DNA of 64,000 nt from Scyliorhinus canicula (lineage: Eukaryota), in contig NC_052158.1 of the NCBI RefSeq assembly GCF_902713615.1, positions 2,604,001 through 2,668,000 on the forward strand, in the 5' to 3' direction. Within the stretch, counting starts at the first letter, position 1. Every line of letters starts with the position of its first letter. The notes beneath the pieces were generated by a model that had not been told where the DNA came from, did no database searches, and saw only the letters and a program-made list of their open reading frames with translations. The translations under genes were made by a program, and so were the position numbers. Below, piece after piece: positions 62,982-64,000 of the stretch.

Positions 62982-63195
62982 AGAAGTCTGACAACACCAG
63001 GTCAAAGTCCAACAAGGTTGTTTCAAACACCAGCTTTCGGAGCGCTGCTCCTTCCTCAGGTGAATGAAGAGGTATGTTCCAGACACATTTACATCGACAA
63101 ATTCAACGGTGATTCACCGGAGGAAGGAGCAGTCCTCCGAAAGCCAGTGTTTGAAACAAACTTGTTGGACTTTAACCTGATGTTGTAAGACTTCT
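62982..63195. mobile_element. Inverted-repeat mini-element with a hammerhead-like motif in each arm
   Basis: Arms about 62982-63064 and about 63113-63195 are reverse complements; same family as 46995-47075, 6581-6661 and 23023-23104. Confidence 0.7.
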
Positions 63196-63449
63196 TTCTG
63201 TGTGTGTATGCAGAGAAAAACATTTAGTCTTTCTACACTTAAATGGCTGAGTTGAATCCAATTGGCGCAGACACATTGGGACTTGGGGGGAGTAAAGAAT
63301 TGGGGCTGAATGGCCTCCTGCACAGATGGATTCTTTTAAAAAAAATTTAGAAAGAAATTTGGAATGTGTTGAAAGATGAAAAAGATCAACTTGTTCAATG
63401 CTCCATGTTTCCTTCCCCTTCTCCAGGATTTGCTCCCAAGATCTGTCCC

Positions 63450-64000
63450 CAATTCCGGGAGACTCCCGGCCAGTCCGGGAGGGTTGGCATCACCCTGGCC
63501 GGCGCTGACCAACAATGTCCTCTTTGCTCCGCTCCACCTTCCCGCCTCCAGCCGCTTCCCGCTGCTCACAGTCCATTCCCGTCCCCGCCTCCCGCAACTT
63601 TCCACAACTTTCTTCCCGGGACTCGAACCTTCCACAAAACTCTCCAACTCTCCGCCTGCCGCCCGCCCGCCGCGCTCTCATTGGCCAACGTTCCGCGGTG
63701 ACATCACCGCCCCGCGCTCTCATTGGCCAACATTCCGCGGTGACATCACCGCCCCGCGCTCTCATTGGCCGCCGCTTCCGAACATTTCGCGGTGACGTCA
63801 CCTCCCCCGCCCCCATTGGTCCGCGCCGCCGTCAATCGGCCTCCGGGCGGCGCCCACTCGGCCGCTCTCAGCCGATATAAAGGACAAGAGCTGAGCGACT
63901 CCCAGTCACAATCACCCTCCCGCCTGGAGCACAGAGCAGGTGGCAACTGGATCACTGCATCAGCAAAACTTCACAGCAGCAGCAGCGACTGAATTCACTC
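63450..64000 (+). promoter_or_regulatory. hsp70: Promoter and 5'UTR of a third, inverted HSP70 copy (TATAAA 63876-63881; ATG expected about 20 nt beyond the window)
   Basis: Near-identical to the copy 1 and 2 promoters and 5'UTRs; the CDS itself is not visible. Confidence 0.85.

Larger units (their letters stand above)
59712..64000. repeat. Inverted paralog of the HSP70 upstream flank (matches about 22213-25038 and about 5783-8911)
   Basis: Reverse-complement colinearity. Extra segments at about 60135-60423 (SINE) and about 61893-63113 are absent from copies 1 and 2. Confidence 0.92.

Overview
Vertebrate genomic DNA, most likely from a cartilaginous fish. The repeat set looks like shark HE1/V-SINEs, Deu-domain SINEs, CR1/HER1, Rex/Babar and Penelope; the species is not determinable here. 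Main content: (1) A recently duplicated cluster of intronless inducible-type HSP70 genes: two complete minus-strand copies (CDS 3834-5762 and 20264-22192, about 99% identical) in a tandem segmental duplication, plus a third, inverted copy whose promoter and 5'UTR end the window. (2) Two TATA-less 'orphan' copies of the HSP70 promoter about 3 kb upstream of copies 1 and 2. (3) A young LTR retroelement (13987-18316) present in only one duplicate. It has a 1.2-kb LTR, a perfect tRNA-Arg PBS, an intact 827-aa coiled-coil Gag and an A-AAA-AAC -1 frameshift into protease, and is cut off inside protease yet still flanked by a 5-bp TSD. (4) A complete 7-exon RING-Bbox-CC-PRY/SPRY TRIM gene (36231-52049, 474 aa). 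(5) An unrecognised intronless, very basic 139-aa ORF with Kozak start and polyA signal, facing away from the TRIM CpG island. Also present are two solo LTRs, two minisatellites, minimal hammerhead-ribozyme motifs in Penelope-derived termini, and several repair scars readable by comparing the duplicates. All alignments and counts were done by eye, and repeat family names come from recalled consensus features, not database searches.
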